Below are positions 48,775-59,075 of a stretch of DNA of 64,000 nucleotides, piece by piece (the stretch's first letter is position 1; every line of letters begins with the position of its first letter). The notes below the pieces were generated by a model. That model was not told the origin of the DNA, searched no databases, and saw only the letters and a list, made by a program, of their open reading frames with translations. A program made the translations under genes and the position numbers. Origin of the DNA: Verrucomicrobiota bacterium (GTDB lineage Bacteria > Verrucomicrobiota > Verrucomicrobiia > Limisphaerales > AAA164-E04); NCBI GenBank assembly GCA_047947115.1, contig CP170459.1, positions 2,464,001 to 2,528,000 on the forward strand. Direction: 5' to 3'.

Positions 48775-50358
48775 GTGAAGAGGTCTCGAATCCGCATCCG
48801 TCAGGCTCATCTGTCAGACGTTCCATTGCTGGTGGAACTCAATCGCAAGGCCTACCCCACCATGGCGCAGGACAATGTCATATGGGGGGAATCCCACCTT
48901 CGAAGTCATCAACGGGTTTTTCCTGAAGGTCAGTTGGTCGCAGTATTGGAAGGCAGGATTGTGGGGGCGGCGGCCAGTTTGATCGTTGACCTGTCTCGTG
49001 ATCCCAATCGTCCGCACACTTGGGCGGGTATCACGGACAGCGGTTACTTCCACAATCACAATCCGGAGGGCGATACTTTGTACGGAGCCGATGTGTATGT
49101 GGATCCGGATTGCCATCGCATGGGCGTTGGATCGTCGCTATACGAGGCCCGTCGAAAACTTTGTCAAAAATTCAACCTGCGCCGGATACTGGCCGGTGGG
49201 CGTCTGGTGAAATACCATCATTACCGAGATCAGATTTCGCCTGAGGAATACGCCGAACGAGTCGTCAAAGGGGAGATAAAGGATCCTGTGTTGACCTTCC
49301 AGCTGCGGCATGGATTTGAATTACGGGGCGTGCTTTCCAATTACCTGCACGACACCATGAGTTGCAATTTTGCCAGTCAGATCGAATGGCTGAACCCCAA
49401 GTTCAAAGCCAAGCCCTCAGCTGTTCGCAAGGTGCGTGTTTCCTGTGTGCAATACCAGATGCGCAAAGTGACTTCCTTCGAAGATTTCGCCCGCCAGGTC
49501 ACTTACTTTGTGGACATTGCCAGTGATTACGGCAGTGATTTCCTGTTGATGCCTGAATTGTTCTCGGTGCAACTGCTGTCCCAGACGAGCACCTTGACCC
49601 CACAGGAGGGAATCCGCGAACTGACCGCCTACACCAAGCCTTTCGTCAAGTTGATGACCTCGCTTGCCAAACGATATGATTTGACCATCATTTCCGGAAG
49701 CCACCCCGTCAAGAGAGGAAAGGATATATGGAACATCAGTCACATCTGCCTTCCTTCAGGGCGGGTTGTCGAGCAACCGAAGCTGCACATCACGCCGAAC
49801 GAACGGAAATGGTGGGGGATTACAGGAGGGGATCAACTTGCGGTCATTGACACCCCTGCGGGAAAAATCGGGGTGTTAATTTGTTATGATGTCGAGTTTC
49901 CGGAGGCGGCTCGTTACCTCGCTGATCAGGGGGCTGAAATTATCTTTGTTCCCTTCTGCACGGACAATCGCCAGGGTTACATGCGGGTTCGTTACTGTGC
50001 CCAGGCCAGGGCGATTGAGAATCAGGTCTATGTGGCTTTGGCTGGCAATGTAGGCAACCTTCCGGACGTAGTGAACATGGATGTTCAGTATGGGCAGGCA
50101 GCAGTGTTGACTCCTTGTGATTTTGCATTTGCGCGGGATGGCATTGCGGCCGAAGCGGATTCCAATGAGGAAACCATCCTGGTATGCGATCTGGACCTCG
50201 ACGACCTGCACGAGGCCCGCCATTCAGGTACCGTGACACCAAGATTGGATCGGCGCCCGGATTTGTTTCTGGCGCGGCATCAGTTCAAGGACATGACTCC
50301 TCTGGAATATCATCTGGATGAGGGCCCGTTGGGGGACCAGCCGAAATTTGGTGGTTGA
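48775..50358 (+). CDS. Bifunctional GNAT acetyltransferase / carbon-nitrogen hydrolase
   Basis: FPEGQLVA, VYVDP..HRMGVG (GNAT); MPE, PKLH, ICYDVEFPE (E-K-C triad). Confidence 0.92.
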   Translation: MKRSRIRIRQAHLSDVPLLVELNRKAYPTMAQDNVIWGESHLRSHQRVFPEGQLVAVLEGRIVGAAASLIVDLSRDPNRPHTWAGITDSGYFHNHNPEGDTLYGADVYVDPDCHRMGVGSSLYEARRKLCQKFNLRRILAGGRLVKYHHYRDQISPEEYAERVVKGEIKDPVLTFQLRHGFELRGVLSNYLHDTMSCNFASQIEWLNPKFKAKPSAVRKVRVSCVQYQMRKVTSFEDFARQVTYFVDIASDYGSDFLLMPELFSVQLLSQTSTLTPQEGIRELTAYTKPFVKLMTSLAKRYDLTIISGSHPVKRGKDIWNISHICLPSGRVVEQPKLHITPNERKWWGITGGDQLAVIDTPAGKIGVLICYDVEFPEAARYLADQGAEIIFVPFCTDNRQGYMRVRYCAQARAIENQVYVALAGNVGNLPDVVNMDVQYGQAAVLTPCDFAFARDGIAAEADSNEETILVCDLDLDDLHEARHSGTVTPRLDRRPDLFLARHQFKDMTPLEYHLDEGPLGDQPKFGG

Positions 50359-50404
50359 CTCTCATCCAAACGGTGAGATTTTACAGCTGACAACAAACTG
50401 TTTC

Positions 50405-51142
50405 TTGAAAACAAACACCTACCCTGAAAATCTGGATCGGTTCCAACTCGATCTTGAATTGCAGCCGCAGCCCAACGACACCACATGTGGCCCCACATGT
50501 CTGCAGGCCATTTACCATTATTACGGGGACACCGTTGGTTTGGATCAACTGACTCATCACATCCCGGAATTGGAAAATGGCGGCACCCTGGCGGTTCAGT
50601 TGGGGTTGCACGCCCTGCAACGTGGTTATCAGGCTCGCATCTGGACTTTCAACCTGCGAATTTTTGATCCCACCTGGTTTCACCATGGTGTTCCGAAAGC
50701 CGGATTGGACGACCGGTTGAAGCACCAGGAGGAGCATCGCGAAGATCCCAAGCGACGCATGGCGGCCGCAGCTTACCTGGCATTTCACCTGAACAAAGGA
50801 GACATTCGTTTCGGTGTTCTGAATGGTAAATTGATAAGAAGCATATTGCGGGCGCAATACCCCCTGATTGTAGGGCTGAGTTCTACTTTCCTTTACAATG
50901 CCTGTCGTGAGATGCCCGACACCAATAAGGATGATGATCTGAATGGTGATCCCTGTGGGCATTTTGTGGTCCTGTGTGGCTACGACAAACAATCGCGCCT
51001 GGTCAAAGTGGCTGATCCCTATCATGATAATCCGTTGAGTCGTGCCGGGTATTATCAGGTCGATCTGGATCGATTGATCAATGCCATTCTGTTGGGTGTG
51101 CTGACCTACGATGGCAACCTTCTGCAGATTTATCCTAAATAA
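50405..51142 (+). CDS. C39-like papain-fold peptidase
   Basis: QPNDTTCGPTCL, GHFVVL.GYD, VADP; start uncertain. Confidence 0.85.
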   Translation: MKTNTYPENLDRFQLDLELQPQPNDTTCGPTCLQAIYHYYGDTVGLDQLTHHIPELENGGTLAVQLGLHALQRGYQARIWTFNLRIFDPTWFHHGVPKAGLDDRLKHQEEHREDPKRRMAAAAYLAFHLNKGDIRFGVLNGKLIRSILRAQYPLIVGLSSTFLYNACREMPDTNKDDDLNGDPCGHFVVLCGYDKQSRLVKVADPYHDNPLSRAGYYQVDLDRLINAILLGVLTYDGNLLQIYPK

Positions 51143-51157
51143 TCATTCAAATCTGGT

Positions 51158-52618
51158 ATGCCTACCATACTGTTAGTGCTGGACCAACCGAAGCGTTGGA
51201 ACTGGAACATCGAAGGCGTTGAGATAGTCAGCGCCAGGGAATATCTCACCAATCCCGACTGGGCGGAGCGTCGTCATTGCAAGGTTTATCACTTGTGCCG
51301 TTCCTACCGTTACCAAAGTCTTGGTTACTACGTGGGACTTTTGGCCGAAGCGCGAGGGCATCGTCCGATCCCGAGAATATCCACCGTGCAGGATATACGA
51401 CATCCTTCCTTGCTGAAAGTTGTCAGCGAGGATCTGGACCAGCTCATACAAAAGTCGCTGGCGCCGCTTCAGGGTAATGAATTCGAAATATCCATCTACT
51501 TTGGACGCAATCTGGCCAAGCGATATGATCGACTGGCCAAGCAGCTCTTCAATCTGTTTCCGGCGCCGCTGTTGCGGGCCTTTTTCAGACTGCGGGAAGG
51601 GAATCATTGGGATTTGATACAGGTCTCGATTTTGTCGACCAAGGATATCCCATCCGATCACCATGAGTTTGTGGGAACCGCCGCCAAGGAGTTCTTTTTC
51701 AAGCCTCCCAGCATCCAATCCAAGCGCAAAAGCCCCCGGTATAACTTGGCGTTGCTGACCGATCCCGATGACCCGACACCTCCGTCGGACGAAAAGGCTT
51801 TGCAGCATTTCATTCATGCCGGAGCGCGTCATTCCATTGCCGTCGAGCGCATCGGTCGTATGGATTATGGTCGACTTGCCGAATACGACGCGCTGTTTAT
51901 TCGACAGACCACCGCCGTTAACAATGTGACTTATCGCTTTGCTCGAAGGGCGGAGGCGGAGGGACTTGTAGTCATGGACGATCCGACATCCATCGTTCGA
52001 TGCACCAATAAAGTTTACCTGGCCGAATTACTCCAACGGCATCGTATCCCAGGTCCGGCCACCATGATGATCCACAAAGACAACATGGAATCGGCCTTAA
52101 ATCGATTGGGATTGCCTTGCGTGTTGAAACAGCCCGATTCCGCCTTCTCTCTTGGAGTCGTCAAAGTCGACACGGAATCAGAATACCGCCGGAAGGTCCT
52201 TGAACTGCTGGAAGGGTCGGACATGTTGATCGGTCAGGAATTTTTGCGCACGGATTTTGACTGGCGCATTGGTGTGCTGGATCGCAAACCCTTGTTCGCA
52301 TGCAAATACTTCATGGCAGCCGGTCATTGGCAGATCTACAACAATTCCGCGGAGGACAAGGACGATTACTCGGGGGATTTCGAAACCATGCCGGTGGAAT
52401 TGGCTCCTCGCAAAGTGGTGTCCACAGCCTTGAAGGCTGCCAATCTGATTGGGAACGGTCTTTACGGAGTGGATATCAAGGATTTTCACGGTCGCCCAAT
52501 CGTGATTGAAGTGAACGACAATCCAAGTATAGACGCGGGTGTGGAAGACAAGATTCTTCGTCACACGCTTTATGACCGGATCATGGAAGTGTTCTATCAA
52601 CGGATGGAGCGTTTGTGA
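51158..52618 (+). CDS. RimK-family ATP-grasp ligase with N-terminal RLAN domain
   Basis: LCRSYRYQSLGYYV.LLAEARGH, LKQPDSAFSLGV, DFDWRIG, GVDIK, IEVNDNP. Confidence 0.92.
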   Translation: MPTILLVLDQPKRWNWNIEGVEIVSAREYLTNPDWAERRHCKVYHLCRSYRYQSLGYYVGLLAEARGHRPIPRISTVQDIRHPSLLKVVSEDLDQLIQKSLAPLQGNEFEISIYFGRNLAKRYDRLAKQLFNLFPAPLLRAFFRLREGNHWDLIQVSILSTKDIPSDHHEFVGTAAKEFFFKPPSIQSKRKSPRYNLALLTDPDDPTPPSDEKALQHFIHAGARHSIAVERIGRMDYGRLAEYDALFIRQTTAVNNVTYRFARRAEAEGLVVMDDPTSIVRCTNKVYLAELLQRHRIPGPATMMIHKDNMESALNRLGLPCVLKQPDSAFSLGVVKVDTESEYRRKVLELLEGSDMLIGQEFLRTDFDWRIGVLDRKPLFACKYFMAAGHWQIYNNSAEDKDDYSGDFETMPVELAPRKVVSTALKAANLIGNGLYGVDIKDFHGRPIVIEVNDNPSIDAGVEDKILRHTLYDRIMEVFYQRMERL

Positions 52619-52643
52619 TCCTGACCCAGTACTTTTCCTGTAT

Positions 52644-53891
52644 ATGAATCGCAGCTCTTACCCGCTTTTCTCCCGTTTTGGTGTGGAGATTGAATACATG
52701 GTGGTTGACCGTGAACGGTTGGACGTTTCGCCGACCACCGATGAAATCCTTTTCCATTTTGGGAACGGTCCGACTTCCGAAGTCGAGTTTGATCAGGCAA
52801 CCTGGTCCAATGAACTGGTCCGGCATGTCCTGGAATTCAAGATCAACCAGCCTGCCGTACAGCTTGAATCCTGTGTGGATATTTTTCAGGAACAGGTTCG
52901 GAAAGCAAACTTGTGGCTTGCCGGGGAGGGGAGACTACTGCTGCCCACCGGGATGCATCCCTGGATGAATCCAAAACGCGAAACCCACTTATGGCCTTTC
53001 GAAGGGAGCGAGATTTACCAGGCCTTTGATCGCGTCTTCGGATGCCAGGGACATGGTTGGAGCAATCTTCAGTCCGTTCATCTCAATCTTCCCTATTCAA
53101 GTGAAGAAGAATTTGTTTATCTGCATGCCGCCATTCGTTTGTTGCTTCCGCTCATACCCGCCCTTTCGGCCAGCACTCCCTTTCAGGAAGGCCAGCACCT
53201 GGGGTTCATGGATCAGCGCCTGGAGTCTTATCGCACGAATGCCCGCCGGTTTGATTGTGTGTCCGGTCAAGTGATTCCCGAACCCTTTGATTCATATCAA
53301 GCTTACCGTGAAGGTGTCTTCGATCCGATTGAGAACTGTTTGAAACCGCTTGATCCGGATGGAATCTTCGAAGCCGAATGGGTAAATGCCCGGGGGGCCA
53401 TTGCCCGACTTTCGCGTGGCAGTATCGAGATACGCATCATTGATACCCAGGAATGTCCATTGGCGGATCTGGCGATCCTGTTTCTGGTGGTCGAGGCGTT
53501 GAAAGTCTTCTTGGCACGTCATTCGGGCAGTCCGACTGCCATGCTTTCTTATCCTCAGGAATGTCTGGTGGACCTTTTTAAACAATCTTCACGTGACGCG
53601 GATCGAACCATTCTGAAGGATCCTGTCTATTTGGATCTGGTCGGTATCGATGCTAAAGAGTCGTGCATGGCCGTGGATTTCTGGAATCAGGTGTATCGAA
53701 CCAAGGTTTCAGCTTCCTCCATTTTCTTTGAGCCACTCGGCATCATATTGAATCAGGGGACTTTGGCCAGACGCATGCTTGACACTGTCGGAAGCCGTCC
53801 CTCACACGAAGAACTGCAACTCCTCTACAGGCGCCTCGGTCACTGTCTGCACGACGGAGTGTTGCTGGCTCGTGACGCACCGGTTGGATAG
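52644..53891 (+). CDS. Glutamate-cysteine ligase family 2 (GCS2) protein
   Basis: GVEIEYMVVD, SNELVRHVLE, TGMHP, SVHLN, NARG, IEIR. Confidence 0.9.
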   Translation: MNRSSYPLFSRFGVEIEYMVVDRERLDVSPTTDEILFHFGNGPTSEVEFDQATWSNELVRHVLEFKINQPAVQLESCVDIFQEQVRKANLWLAGEGRLLLPTGMHPWMNPKRETHLWPFEGSEIYQAFDRVFGCQGHGWSNLQSVHLNLPYSSEEEFVYLHAAIRLLLPLIPALSASTPFQEGQHLGFMDQRLESYRTNARRFDCVSGQVIPEPFDSYQAYREGVFDPIENCLKPLDPDGIFEAEWVNARGAIARLSRGSIEIRIIDTQECPLADLAILFLVVEALKVFLARHSGSPTAMLSYPQECLVDLFKQSSRDADRTILKDPVYLDLVGIDAKESCMAVDFWNQVYRTKVSASSIFFEPLGIILNQGTLARRMLDTVGSRPSHEELQLLYRRLGHCLHDGVLLARDAPVG

Positions 53892-53975
53892 TTGTTCGGT
53901 TTATCGAAGACAACGAGATGAGCTTTCCTGCCTGAACCGAGCCAATCTGCTTCTGTCAGCGGATGAGCAACAACT

Positions 53976-56111
53976 TCAGGCTGCAGTCTGTCGCCTTGTT
54001 GCGAACGACGCAACCAGACTTTCGATGAGGATGAGACCTAGAACGGCCGCCAGAGCCCATCGCCAGAATTTTTGTTGGTGTTCAATTTCCTGGGCAGCCA
54101 GTAAACGAGTTTCCTCGGCTGACTGCTGGCGTGATTCAGGGGTGTCTTCGATGGCGGACTCAGGTTGACGGGTTGGCACTCCGAGCCCTTCCAGTGTTTC
54201 GACAGGTAATGGTGACGTGCGGCTTTCGTTGGGATCCAGGTTGACCGCGAAGGTCCAATTGAAATCGTTATCTGCTTCGATTTCATAAAGGCCCGGTTCC
54301 TGTGTAGTTCGATAAAGCTTGTCGGTTTCAATGTTGGATTCGCTACCTTTGGGATCGCGGACCAAAAGCTTGTTGACCGTGGGAATGCTGCTGAGATCCA
54401 CAACTTCGCCGATGCTGTATTGGGTGCGGAGTTCCTGATAATTACGTCCCAGATTGAGGATGGTGTAAAGCCAGGGAACAAACTTTGTTGAAAGTGCCAA
54501 CTGACTGTCCTGCGGCATCCAGGAAGAAGTCAGGATCACCAGCCGACCAAGGCCGGCTTTATGGGTCAGGATGGCCGGAGCGCCGGTGTCAAATCGGGCG
54601 GGGATGGTCATCGATGTGAGGTCTTCTACGAGGTTGCGGATTTCTCGGTGTTTCCAGAAATGGATCTTGCTGAAATCGCTGAAACGCGGATCGGCGAAGG
54701 GGGCGAACAGAGGGTCCTGAAAATCGATCTTTCCAAACAGCGCAAAATCTGAAACCGATGCTTCACTGATTTCCAAAGAAGGATTTTCCCACAATGTTTG
54801 AAGTGTTTCCTGCATGGCGGTGGAGGGGATGGTCATCAAAACGGTGGCGCCCTGTTCCATTTTGCCTCTCAGCCCATCTGCCACAGATTCCGTCAGGGGA
54901 CGTGTGATGATCCAAAGATCAATGGATCGCAGGGAGGCCATGGGATCCCAGGCGTCGCTCTGCGGTTGAATGAGTTCGACCTGATGTTCCGGGATGGATT
55001 GAAATGCTCGCTGAAGGTAATACTCCAGTTCAGTATCACCGGTCGCCTCTTGTCGGGGGGAGAGCAACACAATGCGGCTTCGTTTGGGTTTGAATGGAGC
55101 CATCCAGATCGTGTTGTCAAAACTCTCGGAATCCCCGCTGAGCACCAGTCGATCCGCTCCGCTGGATCGTGGCCATTCCGGAGCGGTGGTGATGCGGGCC
55201 TGGCCTGGTGTGACATACATTGGCAGGCTGGCGGTGTTTGGGACGGGGCCGGATGCGTTTTGCCACGCTACCTGAAACTGTTCTTTCTCTGAGTCCAACG
55301 CGTTGGAAACACGCACACGCGGAGCCACGGATTCGCCGTCCTCTGAAATCTGCCAGGCCGATTGCAGCGCCTGGAGTCCGGCGTTATGGGGGTTTTTGGC
55401 TTTTGCTCCATCGAAAACGACGTAAGCATGCTTGGGCCAATCCTGTCCCCGAAGGCTTTCATAACGGCTTCCTGTTTGCAGGTCCGATATGACGACCATT
55501 TCCCATGCCTGTTGCTCGGTGTCTTTTTCCTCTTCTTTGGCGCCCTCTTCCATGCGGTTCAAGGATTCCAGCAAAGCCGTGTCGATGGAGGTGGATTTCC
55601 AGGTCGGAGATTCGCCTTTGAGCCGGTTAACGACATCCGCAACCCTCACATCTGCATTGATGGCTGACCAATCGGCAAAGGAAACAACTTGTTGAAGGCT
55701 TTCGTCAAAGAGAAAAACGGTGACATAGTTTTCCTGTTTCCATTGCGAAAGCCAGACTTCGGCCTTCGCAAGCGCGTCTTCCCATACCCCGTCGCGGCGC
55801 ATGCTCGCGCTGCGATCCAGAAGCAGGCAATGGCGCACTCGTTCATCGGCTTGAAGTTCCACGCTTTGCTGGTTGGAGAAATAGGGGCGTGAAAAGGCCA
55901 GGGCCATCAATAGCAACACCAGACAGCGGAGCAACAAGAGGAACCAATGTTCGATCCGGCTCTTTTTGGTGAGTTTTGGGGGGGAGGGCTTGAGGAACAT
56001 CAGTGAACTGAAGGTCACCTTGTCCCTCGTTACCCGCCGGATCATGTGAAAGATGATCGGGGCCGCGATGGCGGCGCCTCCGACGAGAAACAATGGATAG
56101 AGAAAACTCAT
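53976..56111 (-). CDS. BatA N-terminal double-TM / vWA-like membrane protein
   Basis: MSFLYPLFL...PIIFH, FSSLMFL, LLLLRCL, DRSASM MIDAS-like motif, ISDLQ; C-terminal TM. Confidence 0.88.
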   Translation of the reverse strand: MSFLYPLFLVGGAAIAAPIIFHMIRRVTRDKVTFSSLMFLKPSPPKLTKKSRIEHWFLLLLRCLVLLLMALAFSRPYFSNQQSVELQADERVRHCLLLDRSASMRRDGVWEDALAKAEVWLSQWKQENYVTVFLFDESLQQVVSFADWSAINADVRVADVVNRLKGESPTWKSTSIDTALLESLNRMEEGAKEEEKDTEQQAWEMVVISDLQTGSRYESLRGQDWPKHAYVVFDGAKAKNPHNAGLQALQSAWQISEDGESVAPRVRVSNALDSEKEQFQVAWQNASGPVPNTASLPMYVTPGQARITTAPEWPRSSGADRLVLSGDSESFDNTIWMAPFKPKRSRIVLLSPRQEATGDTELEYYLQRAFQSIPEHQVELIQPQSDAWDPMASLRSIDLWIITRPLTESVADGLRGKMEQGATVLMTIPSTAMQETLQTLWENPSLEISEASVSDFALFGKIDFQDPLFAPFADPRFSDFSKIHFWKHREIRNLVEDLTSMTIPARFDTGAPAILTHKAGLGRLVILTSSWMPQDSQLALSTKFVPWLYTILNLGRNYQELRTQYSIGEVVDLSSIPTVNKLLVRDPKGSESNIETDKLYRTTQEPGLYEIEADNDFNWTFAVNLDPNESRTSPLPVETLEGLGVPTRQPESAIEDTPESRQQSAEETRLLAAQEIEHQQKFWRWALAAVLGLILIESLVASFATRRQTAA

Positions 56112-56118
56112 GCGTCGA

Positions 56119-57078
56119 TCATGCGGTCTGTGCTTTTCGTTGGACCACGCGTCCGCGGTGCATGCGGGCTTTGAGGAAATCGAACAAACCTTTTTCCAGA
56201 GGTTGGTCCGTGGTCAACAAAGTATAGTCGATTCCGGATGCCTCGCAGGCTTTCTTGAGCCGAGCAAGATGTGCCTCCAACTGGCTCATGTATTCCTTAC
56301 GTGCTGTGGCGGGATCGATGAACATTTGTTCGCCGGTTTCCTGGTCTTCAAACTGGATGGCGTTTTCGAATGTGAAATGTCGTTCGGCGGGATCCAGAAT
56401 CTGAAAGACCTGTGCCTCATGTCCGTAGGCGGCAATAGTAGCCAGATCCTCTTCCAATTCATCCAATGGGGCCAGGAAATCGGAAATCAAAATAATCAAC
56501 CCACGTTTGTTCATCAGATCCATGATTCGTTTCATGGGTTTCTGAAGGTTGGTGCTGCCGCCTTGACACGGTTTTTCCAAAGCCTGCATCAATTGGCGCA
56601 AGTGTCCCGGTCGGTTGCGGGCAGGCATGTATTCCTGGATGCCTTCGTCAAAGGACAACATGCCAACCGCATCACCCTGGCGGTTCAGGAAATACCCCAA
56701 AGTTGCTGCGAGTGTGTTGGCATAGTCCTGTTTGGTGACGCCGCTTTGACCAAATTCCATGGAACGACTGCGGTCCATTACCAGGAAGCAGCGAAGATTG
56801 GTTTCGTCCTCGAATTTCTTGATGTAGTAACGGTCGCTGCGGGCGTAAAGTTTCCAGTCCAGATAGCGAGGATCATCCCCCGGCGTATATTGCCGATACT
56901 CGGTGAATTCCACCGAGAAGCCGTGGTAAGGGCTGCGATGCAATCCACTCCAGAACCCTTCAACCACCACTTTGGCGCGCAGTTCCAGATGACGGATGGT
57001 CATCAGGGTGCGGGGATCAATGAACCGATGCTGGCTCAGACCCTGTTGCGCGGAGTGTTTCGTTGTGGTTTCTGCCAT
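56119..57078 (-). CDS. DUF58 protein
   Basis: GLHRSPYHGFSVEFTEYRQY.PGDD, DWK, EDETN, DRSRSM. Confidence 0.93.
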   Translation of the reverse strand: MAETTTKHSAQQGLSQHRFIDPRTLMTIRHLELRAKVVVEGFWSGLHRSPYHGFSVEFTEYRQYTPGDDPRYLDWKLYARSDRYYIKKFEDETNLRCFLVMDRSRSMEFGQSGVTKQDYANTLAATLGYFLNRQGDAVGMLSFDEGIQEYMPARNRPGHLRQLMQALEKPCQGGSTNLQKPMKRIMDLMNKRGLIILISDFLAPLDELEEDLATIAAYGHEAQVFQILDPAERHFTFENAIQFEDQETGEQMFIDPATARKEYMSQLEAHLARLKKACEASGIDYTLLTTDQPLEKGLFDFLKARMHRGRVVQRKAQTA

Positions 57079-57123
57079 GACGAGGATTTCTGGAAACTGC
57101 AGTGGCTGTTTGGTTGACCTTGC

Positions 57124-58140
57124 TTAAATCGGTTTCACCTGGTCCAGCAGCTTCTGGATGATGTTTTCGACACTGACTCCCTCGGCTTCCGCCCGGTAAT
57201 TGGTCAGGATACGATGCCTCAGGGTGGGAGTGGCCAGTTTCTGGATGTCTTCGATGATCACGTGTGAGCGGCCTTGCAACACTGCGCGCACCTTGGCTCC
57301 CAGGATGAGGAACTGGGCGGCACGGAGACCTGCGCCCCAGCTGACCCATTGATTGATGAAATCGGGGGTGTCTTTCTGGTTGGGACGAGAGGCGGACGCC
57401 AGACGGACCGCGTATCGGATCATCTCATCCGCCACAGGCACGGCTCGGACGGTGTCATGAAAACGGATGACGTCTTCACCTGTGAAAATAGGTCTGATGG
57501 GATCGGGCTTTTTCGATGTGGTCTGTTTCACGACCTCCACCTCGTCATCTTCCGGGAGGTAATCAATGACCACATTGAACATGAAACGGTCGAGCTGCGC
57601 TTCGGGCAGGGGATAGGTGCCCTCCATTTCAATGGGATTCTGTGTAGCGAGCACGAAGAAGGGTTCCTCAAGCGGGTGTCGAACACCCGAAGCGGTGATC
57701 TGGTGCTCCTGCATGGCTTCGAGCAGGGCGGCCTGGGTTTTGGGAGGTGTACGATTGATTTCATCGGCCAGGATCATGTTGGCGAAAATGGGGCCTTTGA
57801 CGAAGTTCAGGTGTCGTCCATCGTCCGTTTCCTGCAGGATTTCCGTGCCGGTGATGTCGGCGGGCATCAGGTCGGGGGTGAACTGGATGCGTTGAAATTT
57901 AAGATGGAAAATCTGGGCGATCGATTTCACCAACAAGGTTTTTGCCAGACCGGGTGCACCGGTGATCAGGCAATGACCGCCGGCGAGCAGGGCGATGAGG
58001 ATTTCCTCTATCGGGCCTTTTTGCCCGATGATGACTTTGCTGAGTTCGCCTTCGATGCGGTCGCGGCTCTGGGCGAGTTGTTCCACGGTGCGCTCTTCAT
58101 TCTCCCATGGTTGATTTGTCGATGCTGATTCTGCCTCCAC
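57124..58140 (-). CDS. moxR: MoxR family AAA+ ATPase
   Basis: GAPGLAKT, RIQFTPDLMPADITG, DEINRTPPKTQAALLEAMQE, ATQNPIE.EGTYPLPEAQLDRF. Confidence 0.95.
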   Translation of the reverse strand: MEAESASTNQPWENEERTVEQLAQSRDRIEGELSKVIIGQKGPIEEILIALLAGGHCLITGAPGLAKTLLVKSIAQIFHLKFQRIQFTPDLMPADITGTEILQETDDGRHLNFVKGPIFANMILADEINRTPPKTQAALLEAMQEHQITASGVRHPLEEPFFVLATQNPIEMEGTYPLPEAQLDRFMFNVVIDYLPEDDEVEVVKQTTSKKPDPIRPIFTGEDVIRFHDTVRAVPVADEMIRYAVRLASASRPNQKDTPDFINQWVSWGAGLRAAQFLILGAKVRAVLQGRSHVIIEDIQKLATPTLRHRILTNYRAEAEGVSVENIIQKLLDQVKPI

Positions 58141-58171
58141 ACTGATCCTCTCTCTTGATTGTTTTACCTAA

Positions 58172-59065
58172 TTAATGCGTGAGGGCATACATAACGATAT
58201 TAATGCCCAAAGGGTATGCTTTTTTTTCCGAAAATTCTCTGAAGTAATATTCATTGGCGCCTTCCCATTCCCACCCGTCTCCGAGATCAGTGTTGTGACA
58301 GATGATCATCATCAGGCGTCCTTCGTCGTCGAACAAGCCCTTGTAGAAGGGGGTTTGTGCGTCCCAGCGTTCGAAAGTGATGCCGTCATACTGGCTGTCA
58401 GTTCCACGTCCGACATTTGGGATTTGTGGCTTTTCCTTGAGCGGGAAAACGAAGCTGAAAATGGGGTGTTCTATGGGAAGTTCCTGCGGTTCCCTATCGG
58501 GAAAGACGAGCTTCAATTCTCTGCGCAAATTTTCATATTCATCTACGCCCCAGAAATCGTCGATCATCATGAACCCCCCGCCAAGCAGGTATTTGCGCAT
58601 GGCTTGCCGCTCATCCTCCTGAAGCATCATTTCCCCTGGCTCAATGAGGTAGACGAACGGGTAATCGAACAACTTGGGATCGGTGAGAGAAACAAATTTG
58701 CCGTCCGGATTCACTTTGAGCGATGTCAACTGCTCCAGGCGATAGGAAAAGTTGAGGTCACTCTCCGGCATATCGATACTCCACTTCTGTCGGTAGCGTC
58801 CATAACCATCCGACCAGGAACGAAACTGTATCCGGACAAAGGTGAAGACATCTTCCTTGTATGATTCGTCCAGATCCCAGTCAGGCACACCGGCGCGTTC
58901 GTCACGTTGGTCGCCAAAGCGACGTCCCCATTGCGCCTGTGAGTGGATGTCGATACAAATCAGCCCTGTTATCATCAATACCAAAAACATTCCATGGCGC
59001 AGACCTGCCGTTCCTGCCTTTGGCTGGCTGACGAGCGGTAAGGGTGTGGCACTTGCTATCGGCAT
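58172..59065 (-). CDS. DUF4159 protein
   Basis: FTFVRI, YPFVYL.EPG, GGFMMIDDFWG, HNTDLGDGWE, GINIVMYALTH; the start may lie further downstream. Confidence 0.88.
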   Translation of the reverse strand: MPIASATPLPLVSQPKAGTAGLRHGMFLVLMITGLICIDIHSQAQWGRRFGDQRDERAGVPDWDLDESYKEDVFTFVRIQFRSWSDGYGRYRQKWSIDMPESDLNFSYRLEQLTSLKVNPDGKFVSLTDPKLFDYPFVYLIEPGEMMLQEDERQAMRKYLLGGGFMMIDDFWGVDEYENLRRELKLVFPDREPQELPIEHPIFSFVFPLKEKPQIPNVGRGTDSQYDGITFERWDAQTPFYKGLFDDEGRLMMIICHNTDLGDGWEWEGANEYYFREFSEKKAYPLGINIVMYALTH

Positions 59066-59075
59066 GGAAAAGTTC

